A DNA stretch of 64,000 nt from the NCBI GenBank assembly GCA_950097015.1, contig CATNEN010000038.1, positions 11,222,001-11,286,000 of the forward strand, given 5' to 3'. Position numbers and translations under genes: made by a program. The first letter of the stretch is position 1, and the number at the start of each line of letters is the position of its first letter. This stretch comes from Macrostomum hystrix (lineage: Eukaryota; Animalia; Platyhelminthes). The notes below the pieces were generated by a model. That model was not told where the DNA came from. It worked only from the letters and a program-made list of their open reading frames with translations, and searched no databases. Shown one piece after another: positions 25,105-37,700 of this stretch.

Positions 25105-26388
25105 CGGATGTGTTATTGGACAGACAGCATGGAATGTGTTATAGGACAGACAGCATGGAATGTGTTATAGGACAGACAGCATGGAATGTGTTATAGGACA
25201 GACAGCATGGAATGTGTTATAGGACAGACAGCATGGAATGTGTTATAGGACAGACAGCATGGAATGTGTTATAGGACAGACAGCATGGAATGTGTTATTG
25301 GACAGAAAGCATGGAATGTGTTATTGGACAGACAGCATGGAATGTGTTATTGGACAGACAGCATGGAATGTGTTATAGGACAGACAGCATGGAATGTGTT
25401 ATAGGACAGACAGCATGGGATGTGTTATTGGACAGACAGCATGGAATGTGCTATTGGACAGACAGCATGGAATGTGCTATTGGACAGACAGCATGGAATG
25501 TGTTATTGGACAGACAGCATGGAATGTGCTATTGGACAGACAGCATGGAATGTGCTATTGGACAGACAGCATGGAATGTGTTATTGGACAGACAGCATGG
25601 AATGTGTTATAGGACAGACAGCATGGAATGTGTTATAGGACAGACACCATGGAATGTGTTATAGGACAGACAGCATGGAATGTGTTATAGGACAGACAGC
25701 ATGGAATGTGTTATAGGACAGACAGCATGGAATATGTTATAGGACAGACAGCATGGAATGTGCTATAGGACAGACAGCATGGGATGTGTTATAGGACAGA
25801 CAGCATGGAATGTGTTATAGGACAGACAGCATGGAATGTGTTATTGGACAGAAAGCATGGAATGTGTTATTGGACAGACAGCATGGAATGTGTTATAGGA
25901 CAGACAGCATGGAATGTGTTATAGGACAGACAGCATGGAATGTGTTATAGGACAGACAGCATGGAATGTGTTATAGGACAGACAGCATGGAATGTGCTAT
26001 AGGACAGACAGCATGGGATGTGTTATAGGACAGACAGCATGGAATGTGTTATAGGACAGACAGCATGGAATGTGTTATAGGACAGACAGCATGGAATGTG
26101 TTATAGGACAGACAGCATGGAATGTGTTATTGGACAGACAGCATCGAATGTGCTATAGGACAGACAGCATGGAATGTGTTATAGGACAGACAGCATGGAA
26201 TGTGTTATAGGACAGACAGCATGGAATGTGTTATAGGACAGACAGCATGGAATGTGTTATAGGACAGACAGCATGGAATGTGTTATAGGACAGACAGCAT
26301 GGAATGTGCTATAGGACAGACAGCATGGAATGTGTTATAGGACAGACAGCATGGAATGTGCTATAGGACAGACAGCATGGAATGTGCT
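25105..26388. repeat. 26-bp minisatellite (ggacagacagcatggaatgtgttata)
   Basis: About 49 tandem units. Confidence 0.97.
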
Positions 26389-26967
26389 TTCTAATAGGAC
26401 TTTCTTTAAAAGAGAAAATATGATGGATTGAAGAGAAAACACAAAATGGAATGTGATGGAACAGAAAGCGTGTGATGTAGCAAAAGCAAAAAGTACATAA
26501 ATCATGGCAGATCGCGCTGAAGCAGTTGATATCGCTCGTCAATGAACATCAAAACCACATGAACGCAACAAACTAAAGCAATTTAGTCTATTCAGACGAC
26601 TAGGGGACTTATCTCAAATTGGTTCTCATTGACATCTCTGCCAATAGTGCCGCCTCGGCCGACAACGATGACGTTTGAAGGTTGCTGACGTCGACAGGTG
26701 GTGCCGCGAACCTGATCTCGAAAGCCGGCGCTGAGCGCATAGAAGATGGCAAAGCCCACAATGCTGTCGAAGGTCACCAATAGGTCGTTGACTGGAACCA
26801 TCCAATCAGGGAAGTTCTCGAATAGCTGGAAGGTGACAAACACTGCGCCAGGAGCTTCGAAAATGGCGAACGAGACTGCAATTAGTAGGACTATGCGTGT
26901 CGCATTTTGGAAATTGCGAGCCTCCATTGCCGCGGTGCGGCTGGCGTTTTGGGCCACTCGAGGCGCG

Positions 26968-27530
26968 TCGACATTGGCGTCATCGACAATGACTTCATCG
27001 ACAATGGCTTCATCGACAATGGCTTCATTGACAATGCATCGACATTGGCTTCATTGAAAATGACTTCATCGACATTGGCTTCATCGACATTGGCTTCATC
27101 GACATTGGCTTCATCGACAATGACTTCATCGACATTGGCTTCATCGACATTGGCTTCATCGACATTGGCTTCATCGACATTGGCTTCATCGACAATGACT
27201 TCATCGACATTGGCTTCATCGACATTGGCTTCATCGACATTGGCTTCATCGACAATGGCTTCATCGACATTGGCTTCATCGACATTGGCTTCATCGACAT
27301 TGGCTTCATCGACAATGGCTTCATCGACATTGGCTTCATCGACATTGGCTTCATCGACATTGGCTTCATCGACATTGGCTTCATCGACATTGGCTTCATC
27401 GACATTGGCTTTATCGACATTGGCTTCATCGACATTGGGTTTATCGACATTGGCTTCATCGACATTGGCTTTATCGACAATGGCTTCATCGACATTGGCT
27501 TCATCGAGATTCGCTTCATCGACATTGGCT
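26968..27530. repeat. 15-bp coding minisatellite (gacattggcttcatc; DEANV on minus strand)
   Basis: About 37 units inside GPCR-A exon 2. Confidence 0.95.
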
Positions 27531-27984
27531 ACAGCCCGGTTTTCAGTGGTTGCCTGATCATGGATTTCGGTTGGCCGGTTCCTCCCAGCGATCAACAGCT
27601 TAGCGACGTGGACGCAGGAGGTCAGCAGGATCAGCGGCACAGGCAGGTAGGTCTGTGGAGCCCTCAGCAGCGGAAGCATGACTCGAACCAGGAACCACTC
27701 GCTGTCGCGGGCGGCCAGTCGCCAAGCGACGAAGGTGCCGATTCCGATGGCCGCGGAGGTCAGCAGCAGGACGAAGAAGCTGCACAGCTGGAACCGGCGT
27801 GTCAGCCAGCGGCGGAATCTGATTGGCTGGAAGGTAGCCAGGCAGCGGAAGACGCTGACGCAGGCGGTCCACATGTTCTTCACGGCCAAGCTGGAGGACA
27901 CCCAGCAGAAGTTCAACTGGAACGAATGGAAGAGGATTATCAGTGACGATAATCAGACCGATGCAGCTCAGTCAGCTCCTTCAA

Positions 27985-28612
27985 AGACTACGAGCGTACA
28001 GCTCCATCATCACCAACAAAGACTACAACTCTGTCAGAGCCTATAAAGCCTACAGTCTGACATCATCTGCAACAAAGTCTAAAACTCCATCATCGCCAAC
28101 AAAGACTGCAACTCTGTCAGAGCCTACAAAGCCTACAGTCCGACATCATCTGCAACAAAGACTACAGCTCCATCATCGCCAACAATGACTACAACTCTGT
28201 CAGAGCCTACAAAGCCTACTGTCCGACATCATCTGCAACAAAGACTACAGCTCCATCATCGCCAACAATGACTACAACTCTGTCAGAGCCTACAAAGCCT
28301 ACTGTCCGACATCATCTGCAACAAAGACTACAGCTCCATCATCGCCAACAAAGACTGCAACTCTGTCAGAGCCTACAAAGCCTACAGTCCGACATCATCT
28401 GCAACAAAGACTACAGCTCCATCATCGCCAACAATGACTACAACTCTGTCAGAGCCTAGAAAGCCTACAGTCCGACATCATCTGCAACAAAGACTACATC
28501 TCCATCATCGCCAACAAAGACTAAAGCTCTGTCAGAATCACCAAAGACTATAGCTTCGCCAGCATCAACAACAATGACTACAGCTCCGTTAGTGCCACCA
28601 ACAAAGACTAAA
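27985..28612. repeat. 83-bp tandem repeat built from ~27-28-bp subunits (aaagactacagctccatcatcgccaac...)
   Basis: aaagactacagctcc recurs at 28157, 28240 and 28323; lies in the GPCR-A intron. Confidence 0.9.
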
Positions 28613-29884
28613 GCATTCCATGCAGTGATATGGTTATATTTTCCTGAGAATAGTGGAAAAGTGCAAAAGTGCAAACAAACAGAATCACGCGCCATGACAG
28701 TGATAACCTCTAAGCTATGAAAATCGAAAACCTTCTTTGGTTGCGTCCGTTGTGTAATGGGCGATCATCTCCGCTTAAGAATAGGGACGCAGCAGGCTAC
28801 TGAGGACGCCGATGCATGTGGGCCCACATGCTGGTCAGAGACCGGGGATATAATTATACAGGAGTTCCAGACTGGAAATCTCCGATAGCAAATTTTCCAC
28901 TCCAGGCTTGGAGATAAATAGGTGCTCAGATTTCTCTGTTTATAAAAAACTCTAGAAATTTAACCAAAGACAACATCACAGGATGATCCGTTGCGCGCCG
29001 CTTCTTAAAACTATGTACAGTTGTTCAGTCCATGGACTGGAAGGCAGCTTGAGACTGTGATTCTCGATTCACATGTATGTGCGTGCTACTTTTTGAAAAG
29101 TGTACGAAAAACTGTGTACAAAATACTTTGTTCAAAGGTGTGCAAAAAAGCAGGTAAAGAATCCAAGAATCGAACTCACATCAAACAGGATGTTGGCCGC
29201 AGAGCCGGCCTGTCGTGTCTGCTCGGTCAGGATCAGCGCCAGGTCCAACGGAATGTAGCCGCTAATGGCCAGGCAGTAATTAACGTGAGCCAGCTGGAAG
29301 ATGATGAGGCCAACGTCAAACACCTCGCGGTTGCGCAGGTACTTGCGAATCAGCAGCGTTAGAGACAGGCTGCTTAGCAACAGGCCGGCTGCCGACACGG
29401 GAATCGTGACCGCTCGAATTGTAACGTACCAATTGCTGTATCCGGGTGACTTTGCGTTGGTCGCATTGGCGAATGCTACTTCAACGGTCTGTGACATTGT
29501 TTTTACAAAAGTAAGTTGAAATTTCTACTAACAAGATGAACCTCTATGCGGAACTCAAATGGATTATCTATCTAGGCTGTTTGGCTAGATAGACTCGAGC
29601 TGTCGAACTTTCATTGGCTGCGTTTTCGCAATGGACATCCTAGCAGCCAAGCTACTCACCGCCTCTTGGATGTTGTCACTGAGTATGGCTAAACGATATT
29701 TGATTGCTGCGAGATGGCTACAACACGCATAACGAGTTTTCCAAATAATTTCTGCCATATCTCAACCGCTCTACTAGCAGTAGAACTAGCAGTAAAATTG
29801 ACAGTGACATTGAAATTGACCAAAATTTCAAGCCAAGCAAAATTTCTAGTTTTATTACAACTGGGAAACTTGAAGCTGTTTTAG

Positions 29885-30825
29885 GAATACAGTGAGGCTG
29901 TGGGGTATACAGTGAAGCTGTGGGGTGTCCAGTGAGGCTGTGGGGTGTCCAGTGAGGCTGTGGGGTGTCCAGTCAGGCTGTGGGTTATCTAGTGAGGCTG
30001 TGGGGTATCCAGTGAGGCTGTGGGTTATCTAGTGAGGCTGTGAGGTGTCCAGTGAGGCTGTGGGGTATCCAGTGAAGCTGTGGGTTATCTAGTGAGGCTG
30101 TGGGGTATCCAGTGAGGCTGTGGGTTATCTAGTGAGGCTGTGAGGTGTCCAGTGAGGCTGTGGGGTATCCAGTGAGGCTGTGGGGTGTCCAGTGAGGCTG
30201 TGGGTTATCTAGTGAGGCTGTGAGGTGTCCAGTGAGGCTGTTGGGTATCCCGTGAGGCTGTGGGGTATCCCGTGAGGCTGTGAGGTATCCAGTGAGGCTG
30301 TGGGGTATCCCGTGAGGCTGTGGGGTGTCCAGTGAGGCTGTGGAGTATCTAGTGAGGCTGTGAGGTGTCCAGTGAGGCTGTGGGGTATCCCGTGAGGCTG
30401 TGAGGTATCCAGTGAGGCTGTTGGGTATCCCGTGAGGCTGTGGGGTGTCCAGTGAGGCTGTGGGGTATCCAGTGAGGCTGTGGGTTATCTAGTGAGGTTG
30501 TGAGGTGTCCAGTGAGGCTGTGGGGTATCCAGTGAGGCTGTGGGTTATCTAGTGAGGCTGTTGGGTATCCAGTGAGGCTGTGGGTTATCTAGTGAGGCTG
30601 TGGGGTGTCCAGTGAGGCTGTGGGTTATCTAGTGAGGCTGTGGGGTGTCCAGTGAGGCTGTGGGTTATCTAGTGAGGCTGTGAGGTGTCCAGTGAGGCTG
30701 TGGAGTATCTAGTGAGGCTGTGAGGTGTCCAGTGAGGTTGTGGGGTATCCAGTGAGGCTGTGGGTTATCTAGTGAGGCTGTGGGGTGTCCAGTGAGGCTG
30801 TGGGTTATCTAGTGAGGCTGTAGGG
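29885..30825. repeat. 20-bp minisatellite (agtgaggctgtggggtatcc)
   Basis: About 47 units; reverse complement of the array at 36465-37498. Confidence 0.97.
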
Positions 30826-31716
30826 TCTCGGCTACACTATACATCGGCTTAGAAGGCATTAAGAAATCTTCTGGATTGCAAACTAGCTGTTGCTTTAGTC
30901 CGCATTTCATTTGGTCGCCCTGGGTTTAATCTCTCTGTCTTGACTAGATAAGCCGGTTTCAATGTTGGGTGCAAAACTCGATTTAGACCTACAGGACATT
31001 AAGTGATGCCATGAAATTTATTGTTGTTTTTTAAATGTCAGCTTTTAATTATATTGTGTCACGAATTCTCAGCGAAAGAATATATCTGTTATTTATTAAG
31101 ACTTCGATTTTTACCAAGAAGTCGTGAAAGAGCTGCGGCTGGGTTAGACATTTTGGTGGACGTGTTGGTTTCCCTTCAGTCCATGGACTGAGTAGCTGTA
31201 CGCAGCAAACAGGTACTACAAGCGCGTCATACATACGGGATCGCATCATACGTTTTTTGTATAAAGAAACTAAATAAATCCCAATTTATTTATCGGTCAA
31301 CGGTGACAAAACATTTATGATGTCTAGGATGTGATTTCTAACATTATCCCGCTAAATTAGATTATCAACTGGCCTTGTGACAACTATCAGAACTGTCAGG
31401 ATGGTTAGTACGCTCAGCTCAAACTGCTAACACAAGCAGGCGAGATGAAGAACGGTTGCACTCGAGACAGCTGATTAATTTAATGAAAATGCATTCATTT
31501 TTTCAGTCAGGAAGTGACGCACAGAACTTAGAAATAACCCAATAGCTGTCCAGGGACTCAACTAGGTGTGACTGATGCAAGCGAGCAGAACTCAAAACCC
31601 AATTCTCTCCCCTGACACATTTTAGCCAATCAAATCGTCCTTACTCAGCTTTGAGCAGTAAATTAAATGCCACGAAACAGAAACCAGTGTTGAAACTCGA
31701 ATTGTTACTCGCGAAA

Positions 31717-34700
31717 ATGGACTTCAACGCTAGTCAAACGACTCCAAACAATGTTACTGCACCCGGATACAGCAATTGGTACGTTGCAATTCGAGCGGTC
31801 ATGATTCCTGTGTCGGTAGCCGGCCTGTTGCTAAGCAGCCTGTCTCTAACGCTGCTGATTCGCAAGTACCTGCGCAACCGCGAGGTGTTTGACGTTGGCC
31901 TCATCATCTTCCAGCTGGCTCACGTTAATTACTGCCTGGCCATTAGCGGCTACATTCCGTTGGACCTGGCGCTGATCCTGACCGAGCAGACACGACAGGC
32001 CGGCTCTGCGGCCAACATCCTGTTTGATGTGAGTTCGATTCTTGGCTGTACTCAACTGCACTAAGAAATTCGCCGACATTACATTTTAAAATAAATTATG
32101 ATAACAATGAACAGCATACGGCTGTTCAGTCCATGGACTGGGGTGACGCCACTCCCACCCTCAATTACCCCAGATGGTGCTGGCACCCATTTAACAGCTG
32201 GGTGAACCGAAGCACTCCATAGTTAAGCGTCTTGCTATAGGGGTGAGTGGCAGAATGGTTAACGGCTTCGCAAAGGTCCCTGAGCTCGATTCCGTGGCGA
32301 GGCCAAATTCATTAAAAGCTCAGCCGCGGAGAGAAGGCTTGGGGGCTTGTCGTGCAATTCATGCCCTTAGCATTGCTCAGAAACCTATTGATTGATTAAT
32401 TAATCTGTCAGGAAAAATTGACAGTTCGCTAAAGCCATTGTGTTAACGTATTGAATGAAACAAAATTGAAATTAAATTTGCACGAAGCATGACTGATAAA
32501 GTAAGAAACAATTTTTTTTTCATTGTCTTCTGTTAAACCGCGCAATCTACGAAAGAATTAAAATAAAAGAATTTTTTATTAATATCCGTTCTAACATAAA
32601 ATAAAGCTTCGCTTGCTAACAATGCACTAAAAACTGTTTGCTTTCGTCCCCATTTTAAATTTCCGAAGTAATTAGATCACAGATAATATATAACTAGATT
32701 GGTCACTCAGTTAATTTTCTCTCACACTACTCTTAGGACCAGCCATCAGTAGTAAAAATAGCCAAAAAATAAAATCAAGTTAGAAAATTTTGTAAAATAG
32801 TATTTTGATAGCAAGAAACTTGATATGCATGAGCACACTATTCATTTTATTTCTGACATCAATGTATATTGTAGTAATTGTAGTATTGTAGTAATTATTG
32901 TAGTATGTTCTAATGTTTTTATGCAAAACAGGAGCAAAATTAGCAGTACAGTTAAAAAAATACAATTATAGCAAGTTTACATAGCAAAGTTAACGAGACA
33001 ATTACATAACAAAATTACATTCAAAAGGCTACAAGTTCATATGACTCGGGCACTCGAGCTAGAAGTTCATATGACAAGTTCACATTAATTTATACATATA
33101 TATTGCATACATAAAAAACGTTATAAAACAATGCATGTCAGAAAATTGCCACGTTTCAGTCACAAAGAATGCAATTTTGTTAATTTTTTTGCCGCACTGT
33201 TCTTTGCTCTTTCGGCTCGCAAATTGCGCATTTGTTCTCTGCACCACTGTCGAAGGCGAAGGCAGGCGAATCCGGCATACAATTTTTGCTGCACAACAGA
33301 CTCGTGCAATTTGCACGCTTGCAGCTGAACAGCACTGTCATGAAAATGTGCAACAATTCTTGTTTTAATTTTCTCTTGCAGCAGCGTCTCTAAGGGAAGG
33401 CTTGAAAAAATCACCTCCATTTTTCGGAAAGCTTGCAGGACATTGTTTGAGGGGGTGATCAACCCTCTTGCTGCATGCTCAAAAGCTTTAAAGCCGATGT
33501 GCACTCCTGCAGGAGTGCTCGCCGTCAGTTTTGAGAGGCAATCAGCACAATTTAGGACATGGTTTTTGGCGAGAACAAAGCCAGCTACGTACTCCAGAGG
33601 CTCGTCCAGTTCAGCTCTCGGGTGAACTCGAAGCTTGGCTCTTGCTATAACTGAAGCCACTGATGAGCTGCAGCGATGGGTTGGGGGCTCCTGCACCTTG
33701 TCAGCAGAGGCACTTGCATTCACAGAAGCTAGGAGCTGGCTCACGTTTCCTTCGTCGATTGCAGCTGTGCACTCGTCATCCTGGCAGTTCCGGCCTTGTG
33801 CAGTTGATTGCACCAGTCCACTTGCGGCGATTGATCGAAGTGCGCTAAGAAATGGTGTGACTTCTGGCTTGTCGTTGAACCCGTTGTGTCCTCGAACAAG
33901 GCTGAAGAGGTTCTGTGTAAATGAAAGCAGCAAGTATAGCACAAAACAAATTTGTTTATTCGATTATGATTTTTGGATGATTTAAGTTATTCAGTTACAA
34001 ATACTACGAGCGTACAATCCGAGATGTTTCAATTTAATAAGAGACTTTTGCTTTTGATTTTTTTCGTAATTGACTTATTCGGATCTGTTTTTTGTCTATA
34101 TTCATATTTGTAAAATTTTAACATAAATTAATGCCGCTCTTCTAAAGGTTAGAAAACTGATAAAAATGCTCACCTCCACATGATCCTGAGTCAGTCTTCT
34201 CGTACAGACATAGTCAAAACCATCCTTAAGGATTAGTGATTCTGCCAGCTTGGAGATCGATGCGATTGAAGTCAGCCACCCGTCTTTGAATCTCATGGTC
34301 GTTTTTGCAGCACGGCCACTTAAGGGGTGAAAAATCCAGCTCTCGACAAACTTCTTAAACTGCTGTAGGCTTGCTAGTTGGTCGGAAAACTTGTCCTTTG
34401 CAATCGGCTGTTCATATTCCTTGCCGAATGCATGAACGGAGTTCAACATGTCGAATACCTTGTCAACCTGATCAGCAAACTCGGCTGTCTGTAGTGCTTC
34501 TTTGGGCATCTCGTGGTGATGGACGAGAGTTTTAATGCCACTGGCAACCGAGTGGCTTAAAACCTGAGCAGCCAACGAGACTTTCATCTTCTGGCCCATT
34601 TGCAAATTGAAATGGCTGTCATCTAACTTGTTTGCCAATCTCAGATGACGACTGCTGTCAATATTATAGAAGCGGACAATGTGTTGCCACTGGGCCACCT

Positions 34701-37700
34701 TGCAACCATTGAATTCGATATTGTTCTTGATGAGAGCGTTTCTCAAATTTTTTAGACAATGGGGTACATCAATGACAACATAAACTGCTTCCTTTGTAAT
34801 TGGATGGCATAGGAACGGTCTTTCTGTGCTTAACTGTTTTGATAAGTATGCCCACTGCGTTGTTTCCTGATCCGCAACAATAGCGACAACTCGAATTCCT
34901 GCATTATGACTGGCTGTCAGGCATTCATCAATAGCGTTTCTAAATCCTTCCTGGCCAAGGGATCTGTGAGCCGGATAATAAGCAATAGGTTGTCTCCAGT
35001 CTCGTCTAACACCTCGCAGTACACCAACTACAGCTTCATTTACAACTTGAGGAAGACACTTGCCACTGTCTGTGGTCTGCTTAGTTGCAGGATCGAAGCC
35101 AACAATCTCGTCGCGATGCTGGTCATATCGAATTGAGGAAGACAGGCGCTCATGCCATCAAAACAAAGTGTAGCAATGCGCTCATGATCAGGTGCTGTTG
35201 TCATTTTTTCAGAGAAGGAGCGCATAGTCATGCTGCATACACCTGTAGTGCTGAAGAACAGCCGAGTCCGCCTCTTGAGCAAAGATTCTGACGGAAGAGG
35301 TAAAGTCCAGTTGCTCCTTAGCAATCGATAAGCAGGTGGACTCTTGTGCCGCAGTTGTATCGCCGATGTTATGTCTCGGTTGGACCATCTCATGCCGCGA
35401 TTACGAACATGTTGATGTTGCTGCTTTATCTTGTTTCGCATTATTCGGCTGGCAATGCTGCTGTCTGATAGTGTCAGTGTCTGGGCTCGTGCTAGCTGAA
35501 GCCTCAGCTTATTTATCGTTGCTCGATGGTTGTATAGTTGCTTTCGCAGTTTTCTTAGTTGACTAGGGTTGGGGTGAAATCGCAGTCGCAGCGCTCCATC
35601 CTTGTTTATGCATGCAGCTGCCACATCAGGTGCCCGCTTCGAAGTATTTGGAGCAGCTGCAGTGTCCTCAGCATCCCACCTTGTTAGTACAGGCGGATAT
35701 AGTTCGTCAGCATCGGCATCAGTCCTTGTTACCTCCAGCTCGCTTTCAGGCTTTAACCGGGGCAGTACTAGCAACTTGTCTGGTACTGCATTCCATAGCA
35801 AGCGAGTAGATGCCTCATGACGCAATGCGGGGCAGCTGTAAGCCGAATCGTCGAAATGTGCACTGCAGACTTTCAACTCGCGCTGTCGAATCGCTGTAAG
35901 CTCTAAATCCAGCTCCAGAATTCCTTTCCATCGAGTAGCCACCGCGTCATCTGCTGGGAATCTGTGCATTCGCACAGGAGTTCTGGTATCGCCAGTGTAT
36001 GCGTGAGCTGTATTTGTGCAGGTGGCTGCACAGCACCTTTTTGAGCTGAATGTAAAATTATGCGTCGACATGGCCCAGGACAAAGGAAGGACAAGAAATT
36101 GGGCTTGGTCAAATACTCTTAAAACAATTAAGAGAAACGCTACGCTTATATTGAGATTGGTTCACAAGACGCATAGTGCGTACGGCAATGTTGAGGTTTC
36201 CTTCGCGATATTATTTTTTAAATGGATTTGAATTCGCGCGTCCACAGAGATGTTTAATATGACGTGGCAAGTGCCATAGAATGAAGCTGACGTGGCTGAA
36301 ATAGCCACTGATATTTAGTCACTGATATTTTTTTTGTTGTAATTTGCATTTACACTACCGTCCTAAGAGTAGTATCCATTTTGCACCCACAGCGAGATGG
36401 AGAGTGACCAATCTAGTTATATATTATCTGTGAATTAGATTAACCCAGCTGTAGAAAGGGTAACCGGAAACCCCACAGCCTCAGTTGATACCCCACAGCC
36501 TCACTGGAAACCCCACAGCCACACTGGAAAGCCCACAGCCTCAGTTGATACCCCACAGCCTCACTGGAAACCCCACAACCACACTGGAAAGCCCACAGCC
36601 TCACTGGAAACCCCACAGCCTCACTGGAAACCCCACAGCCACACTGGAAACCCCACAGCCACACTGGAAACCCCACAGCCTCACTGGAAACCCCACAGCA
36701 ACACTGGAAACCCCACAGCCTCACTGGAAACCCCACAGCCTCAGTTGATACCCCACAGCCTCACTGGAAACCCCACAGCCACACTGGAAACCCCACAGCC
36801 TCACTGGAAACCACACAGCCACACTGGAAACCCCACAGCCTCACTGGAAACCCCACAGCCTCACTGGAAACCCCACAGCCACACTGGAAACCCCACATCC
36901 TCACTGGACACCCCACAGCTTCACTGGATACCCCACAGCCTAACTGGAAACCACACAGCGACACTGGAAACCACACAGCCACACTGGATACCCCACAGCG
37001 ACACTGGATACCCCACATCCTCACTGGACACCCCACAGCCTCACTGTATACCCCACAGCCACACTGGAAACCACACAGCCTCACTGGAAACCCCACAGCC
37101 TCACTGGATACCCCACAGCGACACTGGAAACCACACAGCCTCACTGGATACCCCACAGCGACACTGGATACCCCACATCCTCACTGGATACCCCACAGCC
37201 TCACTGGATACCCCACAGCGACACTGGAAACCACACAGCCTCACTGGATACCCCACAGCGACACTGGATACCCCACATCCTCACTGGATACCCCACAGCC
37301 TCACTGGATACCCCACAGCGACACTGGAAACCACACAGCCTCACTGGATACCCCACAGCCACACTGGAAACCACACAGCCTCACTGGATACCCCACAGCC
37401 TCACTGGATACCCCACAGCCTCACTGGATACCCCACAGCCACACTGGAAACCACACAGCTTCACTGGATACCCCACATCCTCAGTGGAAACCCACAGTCT
37501 CAGGTTTGTAGGCTAGTGGTTAGAGCGTCGGACTCATGAACTGAAGGTCGGAGGTTCGATTCCTTACTCAAATGGAACAATACGTGTCCTTTAGCAAACA
37601 CATTGCTCTCCATTGCTTCAGTTTACCCAGCTGTTAAATGAGTACCAGCATTAGCTGTGGTAATTGAGGGTGGGTGTGGCGTCCCCCAGTCCATGGACTG

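Larger units (their letters stand above)
26592..29497 (-). pseudogene. Orphan class-A 7TM GPCR paralogue A; exons 29497-29180 and 27916-26592; ICL3 expanded by a DEANV repeat with a frameshift near 27035 (pseudogene or assembly error)
   Basis: Same GAT|gtgagt intron as paralogues B and C. TM1-5 nearly identical to B/C. TM6-7 (ATRIVLLIAVSFAIFEAP...NDLLVTFDSIVGFAIFY) lie in another frame because one 15-bp unit is only 11 bp (gacaatgcatc). Confidence 0.75.
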
